DNA of 64,000 nucleotides, from positions 496,001 to 560,000 of the forward strand of contig OZ025786.1 of the NCBI GenBank assembly GCA_964019425.1, read 5' to 3'. The notes under the pieces were generated by a model. The model was given only the letters and a program-made list of their open reading frames with translations. It did no database searches and was not told the origin of the DNA. Within the stretch, counting starts at the first letter, position 1, and each line of letters begins with the position of its first letter. Origin of the DNA: Flectonema sp. DT1601 (lineage: Eukaryota). Below are positions 15,001-26,259 of the stretch, piece by piece. Both the position numbers and the translations under genes were made by a program.

Positions 15001-18000
15001 AGACTCAACCCAACTACTGGTGAGATCCTCCCTGAAGGAGTTATGGCTGTAGTTGACCCGAAGACGGGAGCTGTTATTAAGAATCCGAAGATTGTTAAAA
15101 TCGACTCGTCTACTGGAGAGGTACTTCTGGAGACAGAGGAAGCAGCATTCAATCCTGAAACGGGATTCATAATCCGAAACCCAAAAACAATGAGACTCGA
15201 CCCAACCACTGGTGAGATCCTTCCTGAAGGTGAGATCGCGGCAATGGATCCGAAGACTGGAGTAGTAATTAGGAATCCGAAGACAGTTGTTATCAATCCA
15301 GCTTCTGATGAGATCCTCCCCGAAGGTCAGGAGGGTGAGAAGGCTGCACTCGATCTCAAGACAGGTGCGGTTATTCGAAACCCAACAACAGTGAGACTCA
15401 ACCCAACTACTGGTGAGATCCTCCCTGAAGGAGTTATGGCTGTAGTTGACCCGAAGACGGGAGCTGTTGTAAAGAATCCGAAGATTGTTAAAATCGACTC
15501 GTCTACTGGAGAAATGCTTCCCAAGGGAGAACAAGCAGTAGTTAATACCGAGACGGGTGTTGTTATTCGAAACCCAACAACTGTGAGACTCGACCCAACC
15601 ACTGGTGAGATCCTTCCTGCAGGTGAGATCGCGGCAATGGATCCGAAGACTGGAGTAGTAATTAGGAATCCGAAAACAGTTGTTATCAATCCAGCTTCTG
15701 GTGAGATTCTTTCCGAAGGTCAGGAGGGTGAGAAGGCTGTACACGATCTCAAGACAGGTGCGGTTATTCGAAACCCAACATCAGTGAGACTCAACCCAAC
15801 TACTGGTGAGATCCTCCCTGAAGGAGTTATGGCTGTAGTTGACCCGAAGACGGGAGCTGTTATTAAGAATCCGAAGATTGTTAAAATCGACTCGTCTACT
15901 GGAGAGGTACTTCTGGAGACAGAGGAAGCAGCATTCAATCCTGAAACGGGATTCATAATCCGAAACCCAAAACCAGTGAGACTCGACCCAACCACTGGTG
16001 AGATCCTTCCTGAAGGTGAGATCGCGGCAATAGATCCGAAGACGGGAGTAGTAATTAGGAATCTGAAGACAGTTGTTATCAGTCCAGCTTCTGGTGAGAT
16101 TCTTTCCGAAGGTCAGGAGGGTGAGAAGGCTGCACTCGATCTCAAGACAGGTGCGGTTATTCGAAACCCAACAACTGTGAGACTCAACCCAACTACTGGT
16201 GAGATCCTCCCTGAAGGAGTTATGGCTGTAGTTGACCCGAAGACGGGAGCTGTTGTAAAGAATCCGAAGATTGTTAAAATCGACTCGTCTACTGGAGAAA
16301 TGCTTCCCAAGGGAGAACAAGCAGTAGTTAATACCGAGACAGGTGTTGTTATTCGAAACCCAACAACGGTGAGACTCGACCCAACCACTGGTGAGATCCT
16401 TCCTGAAGGTGAGATTGCAGCAATGGATCCGAAGAAGGGAGTAGTAATTAGGAATCCGAAGACTGTTGTTATCAATCCAGCTTCTGGTGAGATTTTTTCC
16501 GAAGGTCAGGAGGGTGAGAAGGCTGCACTCGATCTCAAGACAGGTGCGGTTATTCGAAACCCGACAACGGTGAGACTCAACCCAACTACTGGTGAGATCC
16601 TCCCTGAAGGAGTTATGGCTGTAGTTGACCCGAAGACGGGAGCTGTTATTAAGAATCCGAAGATTGTTAAAATCGACTCGTCTACTGGAGAGGTACTTCT
16701 GGAGACAGAGGAAGCAGCATTCAATCCTGAAACGGGATTCATAATCCGAAACCCAAAACCAGTGAGACTCGACCCAACCACTGGTGAGATCCTTCCTGAA
16801 GGTGAGATCGCGGCAATGGATCCGAAGACTGGAGTAGTAATTAGGAATCCGAAGACAGTTGTTATCAATCCAGCTTCTGGTGAGATCCTCCCCGAAGGTC
16901 AGGAGGGTGAGAAGGCTGCACTCGATCTCAAGACAGGTGCGGTTATTCGAAACCCAACAACAGTGAGACTCAATCCAACTACTGGTGAGATCCTCCCTGA
17001 AGGAGTTATGGCTGTACTTGACCCGAAGACGGGAGCTGTTATTAAGAATCCGAAGATTGTTAAAATCGACTCGTCTACTGGAGAGGTACTTCTGGAGACA
17101 GAGGAAGCAGCATTCAATCCTGAAACGGGATTCATAATCCGAAACCCAAAACCAGTGAGACTCGACCCAACCACTGGTGAGATCCTTCCTGAAGGTGAGA
17201 TCGCGGCAATGGATCCGAAGACTGGAGTAGTAATTAGGAATCCGAAGACAGTTGTTATCAATCCAGCTTCTGGTGAGATCCTCCCCGAAGGTCAGGAGGG
17301 TGAGAAGGCTGCACTCGATCTCAAGACAGGTGCGGTTATTCGAAACCCAACAACAGTGAGACTCAATCCAACTACTGGTGAGATCCTCCCTGAAGGAGTT
17401 ATGGCTGTACTTGACCCGAAGACGGGAGCTGTTATTAAGAATCCGAAGATTGTTAAAATCGACTCGTCTACTGGAGAAATGCTTCCCAAGGGAGAACAAG
17501 CAGTAGTTAATACCGAGACGGGTGTTGTTATTCGAAACCCAAAAACTGTGAGACTCGATCCATCCACTGGTGAGATCCTTCCTGAAGGTGAGATCGCGGC
17601 AATGGATCCGAAGACTGGAGTAGTAATTAGGAATCCGAAGACAGTTGTTATCAATCCAGCTTCTGGTGAGATCCTGCCCGAAGGTCAGGAGGGTGAGAAG
17701 GCTGTACATGATTCTAAGACTGGTGCGGTTATTCGAAACCCGACAGCAGTGAGACTCAACCCAACTACTGGTGAGATCCTACCTGAAGGAGTGGAAGCAG
17801 TGATTGATCCACAAACAGGTGCAGTAATTCGAAATCCAAAGTATGAGAAATTTGTTTGCAGCTCGAATTTGCGAAATAAGAGTACTGAGCCCCTAACTGT
17901 GGCGAAAAAGAGAGTAATTGAAAACGAAGAGTTGTCCATTTATGATGCTGGCAGTCCAGTTAGCGGTGTAGATGTGGCGCCTCCTCCTGACTTGGTATGT

Positions 18001-19103
18001 CTAAATGAAGTGTATTAGTGAGTAATTCTTATCAACTTAAACAATAATAATATCACAACTAACACTAACAGGACTCTATCTCAGACTCTTGTTTGTCACC
18101 ATTAACTGTAGACTCTGTTGAGTCATTGGAACCAATTATCACGCTAAAGAATATAAAGTATAGCTGGTTTGTTACACGTCCTGAACATATCAAAGAAGAT
18201 ATTCTTCATTCTATTAGAGAAGATGTTTCTGATGTGATGATGATTGACTTGTCACAAGTTGTTATCGAAGCTGTTCGTATTGGAAGTGTTAAAGTGTACC
18301 TCAGGTTCATCCCAACAGGGTGTGTGTTTAGTTTGTTATATGTTAGTTATATTTGATACCTGATAATCTTTTTCTTAACACTGAGCAGTGTGTTTTGTTA
18401 GAACATCACATGCTGATTCTAACTTCAACTGAACCATTCAAATTAAAATAACAAACACAGAAATCAAACTGTCGAGGAATTGCTGGCCATGTTTCACTCT
18501 GCAACACCAATTCCTCTTTGCCGAACCCAAACTCTCATTAAGAGATTGTTACAGGGAGACCCTACGATAATTGATAACTTAGAGAGTGATATGAATACTA
18601 TTGTTGGTGATGCAGAGAAACTCTTACACAGCAAGCAGTTGAATCAAGTTAAACAAAAAATAGAAGTGAAGTATGCCGTTATGGGAGTCCAAGTCGGGTG
18701 CGATACGTCTGCCGTTGGAGTTCAGACAGAAGAAGTAAAAGTATTAGAGATAAGTGAGGTGAGTGAAGTGAGTGATAGTATTAATAATCAAGTTAATCAT
18801 AATGAAATAATACCTTCTGAGAAGTCAGGGGAATCAGAAGCTAAATTGAGAGCTCTTCTTGCAATCGGTTCGTCTATTAACGGAAGGAGGTTACCAAACA
18901 AAGTAGAGACTCGTTCTGTTGCTACATCTCCTATTATAATGTCACCAAGAAGATGTAGAGATATCAATTCTGTCAGGTCAGGTACTCGTTCTCCCTCTGC
19001 AGTGTCAGGCAGGTCACCATCTGTGTCGTCTCGTCAAACAACTCATCGATCTCCACCTCGATGGATTCATCCACCAGCTCGTAGCACTGCATATGAAAAA
19101 TAA
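1..19103 (+). CDS. Giant repetitive protein, 5'-truncated (>6,000 aa): helical/coiled-coil N-region, Ser/Lys-rich linkers, long DPxTG repeat arrays, small globular C-terminal domain; possibly cytoskeletal
   Basis: Frame is open from base 1. Exons <1-17994, 18072-18319, 18461-19103. Introns 17995-18071 (GTATGT..ctaacAG) and 18320-18460 (GTGTGT..acacAG) join the three ORF-track pieces in frame. Confidence 0.85.
5014..5406 (+). repeat. 129-bp (43-aa) coding tandem repeat x3 (SSSDKRAADLSQKRLRKTKKARDTSGSTKL...)
   Basis: Unit anchor gataaacg recurs at 5023, 5152 and 5281. Confidence 0.9.
7600..9200 (+). repeat. First DPxTG repeat array, 393-bp (131-aa) period built from ~32-35-aa subunits
   Basis: Recurring AAMDPKTGVVIRNPKTVVINPASGEIL / LDPTTGEILPEG. 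Shadow antisense ORFs recur every 393 bp (7767, 8160, 8553, 8946). Confidence 0.95.
9283..9520 (+). repeat. 33-bp (11-aa, TAEVTTAQKEI) coding tandem repeat x7
   Basis: acagctgaagt(a/t)acgactgctcagaaagagata repeated. Confidence 0.95.
10540..17840 (+). repeat. Second DPxTG repeat array (~7.3 kb), 393-bp period with a 1668-bp higher-order duplication
   Basis: Same unit as 7600-9200. Identical shadow ORFs are offset by 1668 bp (13266/14934, 13659/15327, 14052/15720). Confidence 0.95.
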
Positions 19104-19488
19104 ATAACAACTCTCCGATAAAAACCGAAATCTGTTATTGCGTGCGTGTGGAGGATATGGAAATTGTCAGATACAGCTTTACTGTGATCGACAAGTCTTT
19201 CTAATAAAAATATTGATGGGGTAGTTTGTTTTAAAATTGTTTTTTTTTGTTACTGTTTTAAGTTTAAAATAGTAAAATACGAGAAGGAAAAAAAAGAATA
19301 TTAATATGTAATTATCCCGTCGTGTGTGAGATATGCTAATTTAGTATAGCTTGCATTTATTTCATAATTGTATCTGTTTTTATTTATTCGTTTTTTTTTA
19401 AAAAAAAAAAAAAAATGTTATTTTTATCTAATTTTGTTATGATTACTACCTGTACTAGCTCATCTTACTACATAGAAGCAACGATGCG

Positions 19489-19519
<31 letters not shown>

Positions 19520-19648
19520 CTTTCTCCGTTTTCAAAAAAAAAAAATCGTAGAATATTATTATTATTATTTATTTTTTTCCTTCGTTTTGATACATACACC
19601 TGCGTGCCAAAGTATAGATAAGATAAAACGTAGAGAGCCGGTAAGGGG

Positions 19649-19679
<31 letters not shown>

Positions 19680-19914
19680 ACAAAACAAAATTACCAACAA
19701 GCTCGTGGGATAATACTTGCCCGATGTTTAACTGTTTTGTATTTTTTGTTATTTTTATTTTTTATATTTTTTTTAACCAGGTTTTTTTTTTTTTTTTTTT
19801 TCTTCTTATTCTGAGTAGAATCAATTCATTGTCTTTAACAATTAAAAAAAAAAAAAAAAAAAAAAAAAAGTAGTTCGCAAATCCCACAGGAGCCAGTCAA
19901 TAGGAATTATATAA

Positions 19915-20283
19915 ATGTCAGTGATAGAAGTGGTTGTTGTATTGTTGATTTTAATACAAATTGTGATATCTGAAGAAGATGAATATTACAGAGCAATGGA
20001 TCCTTCTGATGAACTTTACATAAAAGATTACTGCACCTCTTGCAATAGCATCTTCGATAGACTTGACAGACATATCGAAGGACCGAGACCGTCTGGTAGT
20101 AATGCTTTGATAGCGGCATCTCTTTTAACGGAAGATCTGTGTGAGTGGACTATTGGTCCAACAAGAGAAAAATGTCACGTCCTCATTGAATCTTTAGAAG
20201 AGGAGTTTGAGAATTACCTCACTGATTGGAACGTAAATAATAATTTCAGAACCGATACCTGCAGTGAATGGTGCGAAAAATAA
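19915..20283 (+). CDS. Secreted/ER-lumenal saposin-B-like (Canopy-like) protein, 122 aa
   Basis: Hydrophobic signal peptide followed by a saposin six-Cys pattern: CxxC ... C ... CHVLIESLEEEF ... CxxxC. Confidence 0.65.
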   Translation: MSVIEVVVVLLILIQIVISEEDEYYRAMDPSDELYIKDYCTSCNSIFDRLDRHIEGPRPSGSNALIAASLLTEDLCEWTIGPTREKCHVLIESLEEEFENYLTDWNVNNNFRTDTCSEWCEK

Positions 20284-20379
20284 CATTTTATTATAATAAT
20301 CTAATTTTTAAAAAAAAAGAGTAAATACTACCATTTTCACTTAACTTATTTTATATCCAGCAGTTGTTACTTTAAGAAA

Positions 20380-21698
20380 ATGATGAAGCGACAGTTAGAT
20401 GAAGGGGAACAGCTTGGTCAAAAGCGTCTCCAAACCGACGATGAGATGCGCAACCTAATTATAAACTACATTCCTAGGAGTGTAGACGAGTCACAATTAC
20501 AAGCTCTGTTTGAACAATTCGGAGAGATCGAGAGAATTAAGTTAATGACCAACCCCGATGGGATGACAAAATGTTTTGGATTCGTTAAATACGTCAACAC
20601 TGGATCCGCAACAGAAGCGATAAACCATATGAACGGATATGAGATCAATGGAAAGAAATTGAGAGTTGCCTACAGTATGTCACTTTATTCTTATATTTCT
20701 TTCTCAATACTTTCACTTCATGGATATATAATAATATCAGCAGAAGTATTAAAACCAACTAAAGCAGGTGAACGTGCTATTCAGGGAGGTGGAGCAAGGA
20801 AGCCGCCATCAGACGTATTCTTTTCCGGTTTTGGAAGAGGATTTGGACGCGAGCAGCTAACTTTGCTAGCTCAGGAATATGGCACCGTCTTAGACGCAAA
20901 GGTGCTCGACCCAGACAAGCACGAAAAGGGTGTTGGGTTCGTAACATTTTCCGACGAAAGTGAAGCCACGAAGTGTATCCGTCACCTTAACGACCTTGAG
21001 TTTGACCTCGGTGGTATTAAAACGCAATTGGTTGTCAGATTTGCTTCAAAGAAAAAAGGAGCAGCCAGCACCCTTCCAAGTGCACAGGGAGGTTTCAATT
21101 TTCAGAGTCCATTTGGTCAGAGTGAACTCGCTACTCTCACAGGTCTCGTTAACAGTGCGGGGCCAGGAGGAGTTGATCCAAATACCGTCCTCCACTTGGT
21201 TGCTGCGCTGTCAAATCAGCAGCAGCCACAACAACAAAACGCACCTCCAGCCATGGCCGGAGGCTACAATGCCTACCAAGGGGGTGGTCAAAACTTGGGT
21301 AATGTACCTCCGCCTGCTGCTGGTGCCCCTAGTTTCCCACCATCTCGGTACCCTCCACAGACTCCTCGTTCTCATAAAAGATATCCTCCAGCAATTGATG
21401 GATCGACAAATGTTCTTTTCGTAAGAGGGTTTGTTGAAGCAGATGAAGCTGAAGTATTGCAACTGTTTGCAGCCTACGGATGTACTCAGGTATGTTAGTG
21501 GTTCTTACGTAACCCAATTTGAAATGAACTTTATTTAATGAAATACAAAAACAGGTTGACGTTCCGACAGGTCCCGAGAAGAGACCTAAAAACTACTGTT
21601 TCGTACACTTCCCTGACCAGCACTCTGCACAGCGCGCCGCCGCCGACTGGCATGGACAGAACCACAACGGATTGACGTTAGAAGTTAAATTTAAATAG
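20380..21698 (+). CDS. Three-RRM RNA-binding protein (ELAV/Hu-like layout)
   Basis: RRM1 (NLIINYIP, KCFGFVKY), RRM2 (VFFSGF, KGVGFVTF), Q/P/G linker, RRM3 (VLFVRGF, KNYCFVHF). Exons 20380-20674, 20768-21489, 21555-21698; the last exon completes RRM3. Confidence 0.88.
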
Positions 21699-21700
21699 AA

Positions 21701-21856
21701 GACGGTACGCTACCGTCAGTGGGACCTCAAACGTGTGGCGCCATCAACCGACTGGAGATAGCTTCTCCAGTACAATGGCGGATGGCGGTACTTAGGATTC
21801 AGGCATGAAAGGCATTCAACGCTTCTACAGGCCGCCTGAAGCCTCTACCATCGTCA
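21701..21856 (+). other. Multi-hairpin structured RNA element (3' UTR element or ncRNA candidate)
   Basis: Complementary pairs: gacggta/taccgtc (21701-07/21711-17); cgccat/atggcg (21739-44/21775-80) enclosing actggaga/tctccagt (21751-58/21764-71); ttcaggc/gcctgaa (21798-804/21834-40) inside a longer imperfect stem. Confidence 0.5.
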
Positions 21857-22516
21857 TGAAACGAAGATACCCCTTACGAGATTGGGGAAAGCGATCTGTG
21901 ATAAGCAGCACCTAGTTTTGCTGTTAAAAAAATGAAAAAAAAATAGCCGTCTCACGATCGCTCTGTCCCTGTCCCAAGCTTTGGGATACTATATAAAACA
22001 AAAAAAAAAAAAAAAAAACAAAGGGGGAAAAAAAATAAATAAGAATTAACAATATTAATTTAAGAAAAAAAAAATAATAATAATAAAGTAATGGGAAAAA
22101 AAGCAAAAAAAAAAAAAAAAAATTAAAAAAAAAAAACAAAGAAAACATGGAAAACACCCCAATTCCGTTGTATTACCGACAGAACACCTCGGTCACAGTC
22201 GCATCGATAATAGTGTTTATTTATATTTACAAACGAACGCAGAGTACTAAAGTAAGAGCAATGGAGTGAAGAAACTTCTTATGAATACTTATGAAGCAAC
22301 CTCGTCTTCTACACTGAATCACACATTCTGTGGAAGATCTAAGAATAAGTCTTTACAACTGAGTCTTATCTGTGTCCAGCAGTAGAACTACTGGTTATTT
22401 AGTAATACGTTTTTATGTTTTTTTTTTTTTTTTTTTTTTAAAATATCATTTTTTATCTTTATCTACACCAACACAGGACCTCTCAACATTTGTTAGATTT
22501 TTTTAAAAAAAGAGAG

Positions 22517-23920
22517 ATGTCGGAAACCCCAAGATGCCGATTATACATTTCAAATGGAAATAATAAGATGGTTTTGTTTAGGGAATACCCTTCAGGAGAA
22601 GAAGACACGTCAAGTCTACGCAAAGTATTGCAGCCATTCGACTTAGTAAGAACGAGCTTAGCAAGATCAGGAGTTCAAATTAACTGGGCTGGTGGATTAG
22701 AGAATGGAAAGATAATATATCAAACATATCTGTCAAATAACGTATCATTGTATATGATTGAGAATGGTGGTGCTGATGATAGGGTTTGCAAGTCACTATT
22801 ACATATTATTTATGAAACTTTGATTTTGTTTACTGGAAATGTTGATTTTTGCACCAGCGATAGGAATCTTTCGGCGTCTATTGCAGACAATTCTCGTAGG
22901 GCTGGAGGAGCTATTTCTGGTATTTTGAGAGGGTTTTGTGACGGAAGCATTCAGTTCTCATCAATAATTATGTCATACAAAATATCATTATTGTCAAAGA
23001 CGGATTATATAAAAATCGAAAGACTCATGGATGACATAGTCTCTGATGGAAACGTCATTCAGATGTGTTGTTTACTTTGCACAACTCACGGAAGTATAGT
23101 GTCAAGATTATTCGGTTATCATCCAGCAGAAAAAATTAATGTTAATTTGTTGCATTGGATGTTGTCAATTATAATTCCTTCATTACAAGATGCGACTATT
23201 CGTGATATTCCTGTTTTTATACCCTTAGTTGATGGAAGATCTGAAGCTATGAGAATCATTGCAGTTAAAATAGATAAACACAACACGATTATTAATCTCT
23301 GTCCTCAAACGTCTCAAGTTTCTACTGGTCAGGTTGCGGGTATCTGTTGTGATAAATTTAATATTTTGCTAAAATCGAAATGGGGATCTTCAGTTTCAAG
23401 ATCGATATTTCACGATTGTGGAAAACTTCCTGATAAGGTGAGACTTCCAAATGATATTTCAACGTTAGTTGTGTTTTCATTGCCGAGTCCAATGAAAGTC
23501 GGGTATAAATATGATTCTTGTTCGAACCAATACTGGTCGCTACCTCTTGTTAATGAGTTGAACGAGTCAGTTGACTCTCCGTCATTCCCTTACGTAGTTT
23601 TAGGTTCCGGATGCTCAGAAGAATTACTGTCAGAGACTGCGCTTCAAATTATTGATTTATTTAACCAACCAATGCCGACTATGTCTTCTCTTCCTTCTGA
23701 GAAACAACCAGTCATAACGTCTGGTTCTTTTTACTTTGATTCTAGAATATCATGTGTGTGGACTTTACTACTCAGACAAGACTCTTCAAGTTGTAGAGTT
23801 GCTGCTGGATATTTAAATCCAGTTGGTACGTTGAATCAGAAAGTAATCGCAACATCGATATCTGAATTCATTTCTAAGAATAAAAAAATATTTAAAACAC
23901 TAGATGATCCTGCCATGTAG
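22517..23920 (+). CDS. FUZ: Fuzzy-like tri-longin protein (CPLANE / ciliogenesis)
   Basis: First ATG at 22517. SLQDATIRDIPVFIPLVDGRSEAMRIIAVKI..IINLCP resembles the Fuzzy RDYPVYLP..PHRLLTLTL..LCLLCG segment. N-terminal KIIYQTYL..VSLYMI..LLHIIYETLILFTG resembles longin 1. Confidence 0.6.
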   Translation: MSETPRCRLYISNGNNKMVLFREYPSGEEDTSSLRKVLQPFDLVRTSLARSGVQINWAGGLENGKIIYQTYLSNNVSLYMIENGGADDRVCKSLLHIIYETLILFTGNVDFCTSDRNLSASIADNSRRAGGAISGILRGFCDGSIQFSSIIMSYKISLLSKTDYIKIERLMDDIVSDGNVIQMCCLLCTTHGSIVSRLFGYHPAEKINVNLLHWMLSIIIPSLQDATIRDIPVFIPLVDGRSEAMRIIAVKIDKHNTIINLCPQTSQVSTGQVAGICCDKFNILLKSKWGSSVSRSIFHDCGKLPDKVRLPNDISTLVVFSLPSPMKVGYKYDSCSNQYWSLPLVNELNESVDSPSFPYVVLGSGCSEELLSETALQIIDLFNQPMPTMSSLPSEKQPVITSGSFYFDSRISCVWTLLLRQDSSSCRVAAGYLNPVGTLNQKVIATSISEFISKNKKIFKTLDDPAM

Positions 23921-24054
23921 ATTTCCCTTTTTTTTTTTTTTTTTAAACTTTTTTTAAAAAAAAGTTATTGTAATTATTTAGTTAACAAAGAATAACACAC
24001 CATTCCTCTATTAACAGCGTAACTGTTCAAGTTCATGTCCGGATAGAAGGCCAG

Positions 24055-25843
24055 TTGACTTCATCCAATACACTGGGGTCCGCAGCATCGAAAGTTGGGA
24101 GGAGGGGATCAGAGAAACAATCAACAGTGGCAGCAACATCTGCGCCAAGTGGAGGGGGGGGAACTGGAAATAAGAAAGACTCAGCTGGAGCACAAGCACC
24201 AAAATTATTTATAAGCAAGCGGTATGAAGCTAACAGACCTGTAGGTAGTGGAGCCTATGGCCAAGTATGGAGCGCTATCGATTTACAGAATCCTCCACCA
24301 GAAGGGAAATCAACCAAAGGAAACGTTGCGGTTAAGAAAATAACAAATCCATTCTCTCATCGTACTGATGCGAAGAGATTGATGAGAGAAATACTTTTAC
24401 TATCGACGTTGAAACATCCAAACGTTTTGGGAGTCAGGGATATGGTTATGCACTCTAAGGAAACGGAAATCTCACTATTTATCATCACTGACCTGGTATG
24501 TTTCATATTACAACAATTATTATACGTCTGATTCTAAAAATAAAATAAAATAATTAACAGATGGATGTCGATTTACATAAAATCATTCAGTCTCCTCAAC
24601 CACTTAGCGAGAGACATATTCAATTCTTCATTTATCAAATATTAAGCGGCCTGAAGTACATTCACTCAGCAGGTCTCCTTCATAGAGATATAAAGCCAAG
24701 TAACATTTTATTAAATGAAGACTGTCAATTACGGATATGTGATTTTGGTCTCGCTAGGCCAATCCCAAGAAAGTCAACAGAAGAACACAAAGCCCAGGGT
24801 AGTAAGTCTAGATTTATGACTGAATATGTCGTGACTAGATGGTACAGATCTCCTGAGTTATTATTACAAGAAAAATATTACACGACAGCGATAGATGTTT
24901 GGTCAGCAGGTTGTATTCTTGCTGAAATGCTTGGGCGCAAACCTTTATTCCCTGGACAGGATTGTATGTCTTTTTTTTTTTTTTTTTTTTTTTTTTTTGT
25001 AGTAAAAGCTATTTTTGTAAATTCCGTTCTTTGAAAGCACCGGGAATTATGTAACAAGGGTTTGCGTTCCTTTGAGCTGAAGTCCGAAACAGTCTTCGGG
25101 GTCTACTCTGCTTACATAGATGTTGTTATTATTAGCCTGTTGGAAACAGCTGATTGAAGGTGGGTCTGAGATGCTGTCCCGTAACCTAAATTGCTGCTTA
25201 TGGAATCGTGTGTACACTTTGGTGCTAAACACCATGCTTTCGATTACAGCCCAACATTTTGCAGGGTTCGGATCTCCCGTGACTTAGACGCGAGCATCAA
25301 TTATACTGTATTTATAAAAAAACATGGTGAATAGAAACCTTGGAATATAACAATTTTGGAAATAAAAAAGATGGTGGATTCGGCCATTTTTTTAGAGATT
25401 TGGATGCTTTTTATACACCATGTTATTTTATAAATTATTTAAAAAAAACAACAAAAAAAAAACAGATATTGAACAACTGATTTGCATAACTCAGATTTGT
25501 GGAACTCCAAGTGGTGATGACTTGGCAAGTATTGGTTCAGAACAGGCGCAAAAATTCGTAAAAAGTCTTGAGGATCGGAAACCTGTTCCTCTACGTGCTG
25601 TGTACCCAAAAGCAACGCAACCCGGTATGTGATATATTGTATTGTTTTTTTTCAGTGAGTCAATTCACAAACAAAAAAAAAACTAAAAAACAGCTATCGA
25701 TTTGTTGTCAACAATGCTCCAGTTTAATTACAATAGGAGAATAACAATTGATGATGCCTTGTCACATCCATACATAGCGAAGTACCACTCTATGTACGAT
25801 GAGGTATGTTATCATATTTGTGTAAATGGGGAGCTTTGTACTG

Positions 25844-25874
<31 letters not shown>

Positions 25875-26259
25875 GCCTACCGCCGATAAGAGGTTTCTTT
25901 TTGAATATGATGGAATGACTCTCTCACAAAATCAAATGAAAGAAATAGTAATGAGAGAAGTTGTAAAATTTCAACCTGAATTAGATGCTGACTACCAAGA
26001 CGTTCACAATCAAAATATCGAAAACGGTGAATGCTTGCCACAGCCACTGCCTGAGAAGATAGGGGAAGATGCCCCTATTATTAAAAAAGATGAAAATCGG
26101 CGGAACTCCGAAACTCCAAAACCGGCAGAAGCAACCCCCGCAACCCAATCATCAACAGCAGTGAAGGATGTAAAAGAAACAAAGCCTGTTGTTGCAGAGA
26201 CTGGCAAACCAACTGAGACTCCCGTACCTGCACCTACCGACAGTAAGCCTGCTGCTTGA
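24055..26259 (+). CDS. Mitogen-activated protein kinase, TEY type (start codon uncertain)
   Basis: [39 protein letters not shown]. Introns 24496-24560, 24964-25465, 25625-25693 and 25804-25875 give a contiguous kinase (..QDYIEQL.., [26 protein letters not shown]). Confidence 0.92.

Noticed and set aside
7738..17709. Long minus-strand ORFs (340, 817, 642 aa and many 120-aa ORFs)
   Set aside because: Antisense shadows of the stop-poor + strand tandem repeat; they recur with the 393-bp period and have no independent protein features.
10540..17840. CRISPR-like regular repeats
   Set aside because: No unique spacers, the repeats are in-frame coding units, there are no cas genes, and the context is eukaryotic.
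19415..19814. Short F-rich/K-rich ORFs in spacers (also near 21924, 31764, 37157-38045, 41570-42216, 63593)
   Set aside because: Artefacts of poly-T/poly-A tracts.
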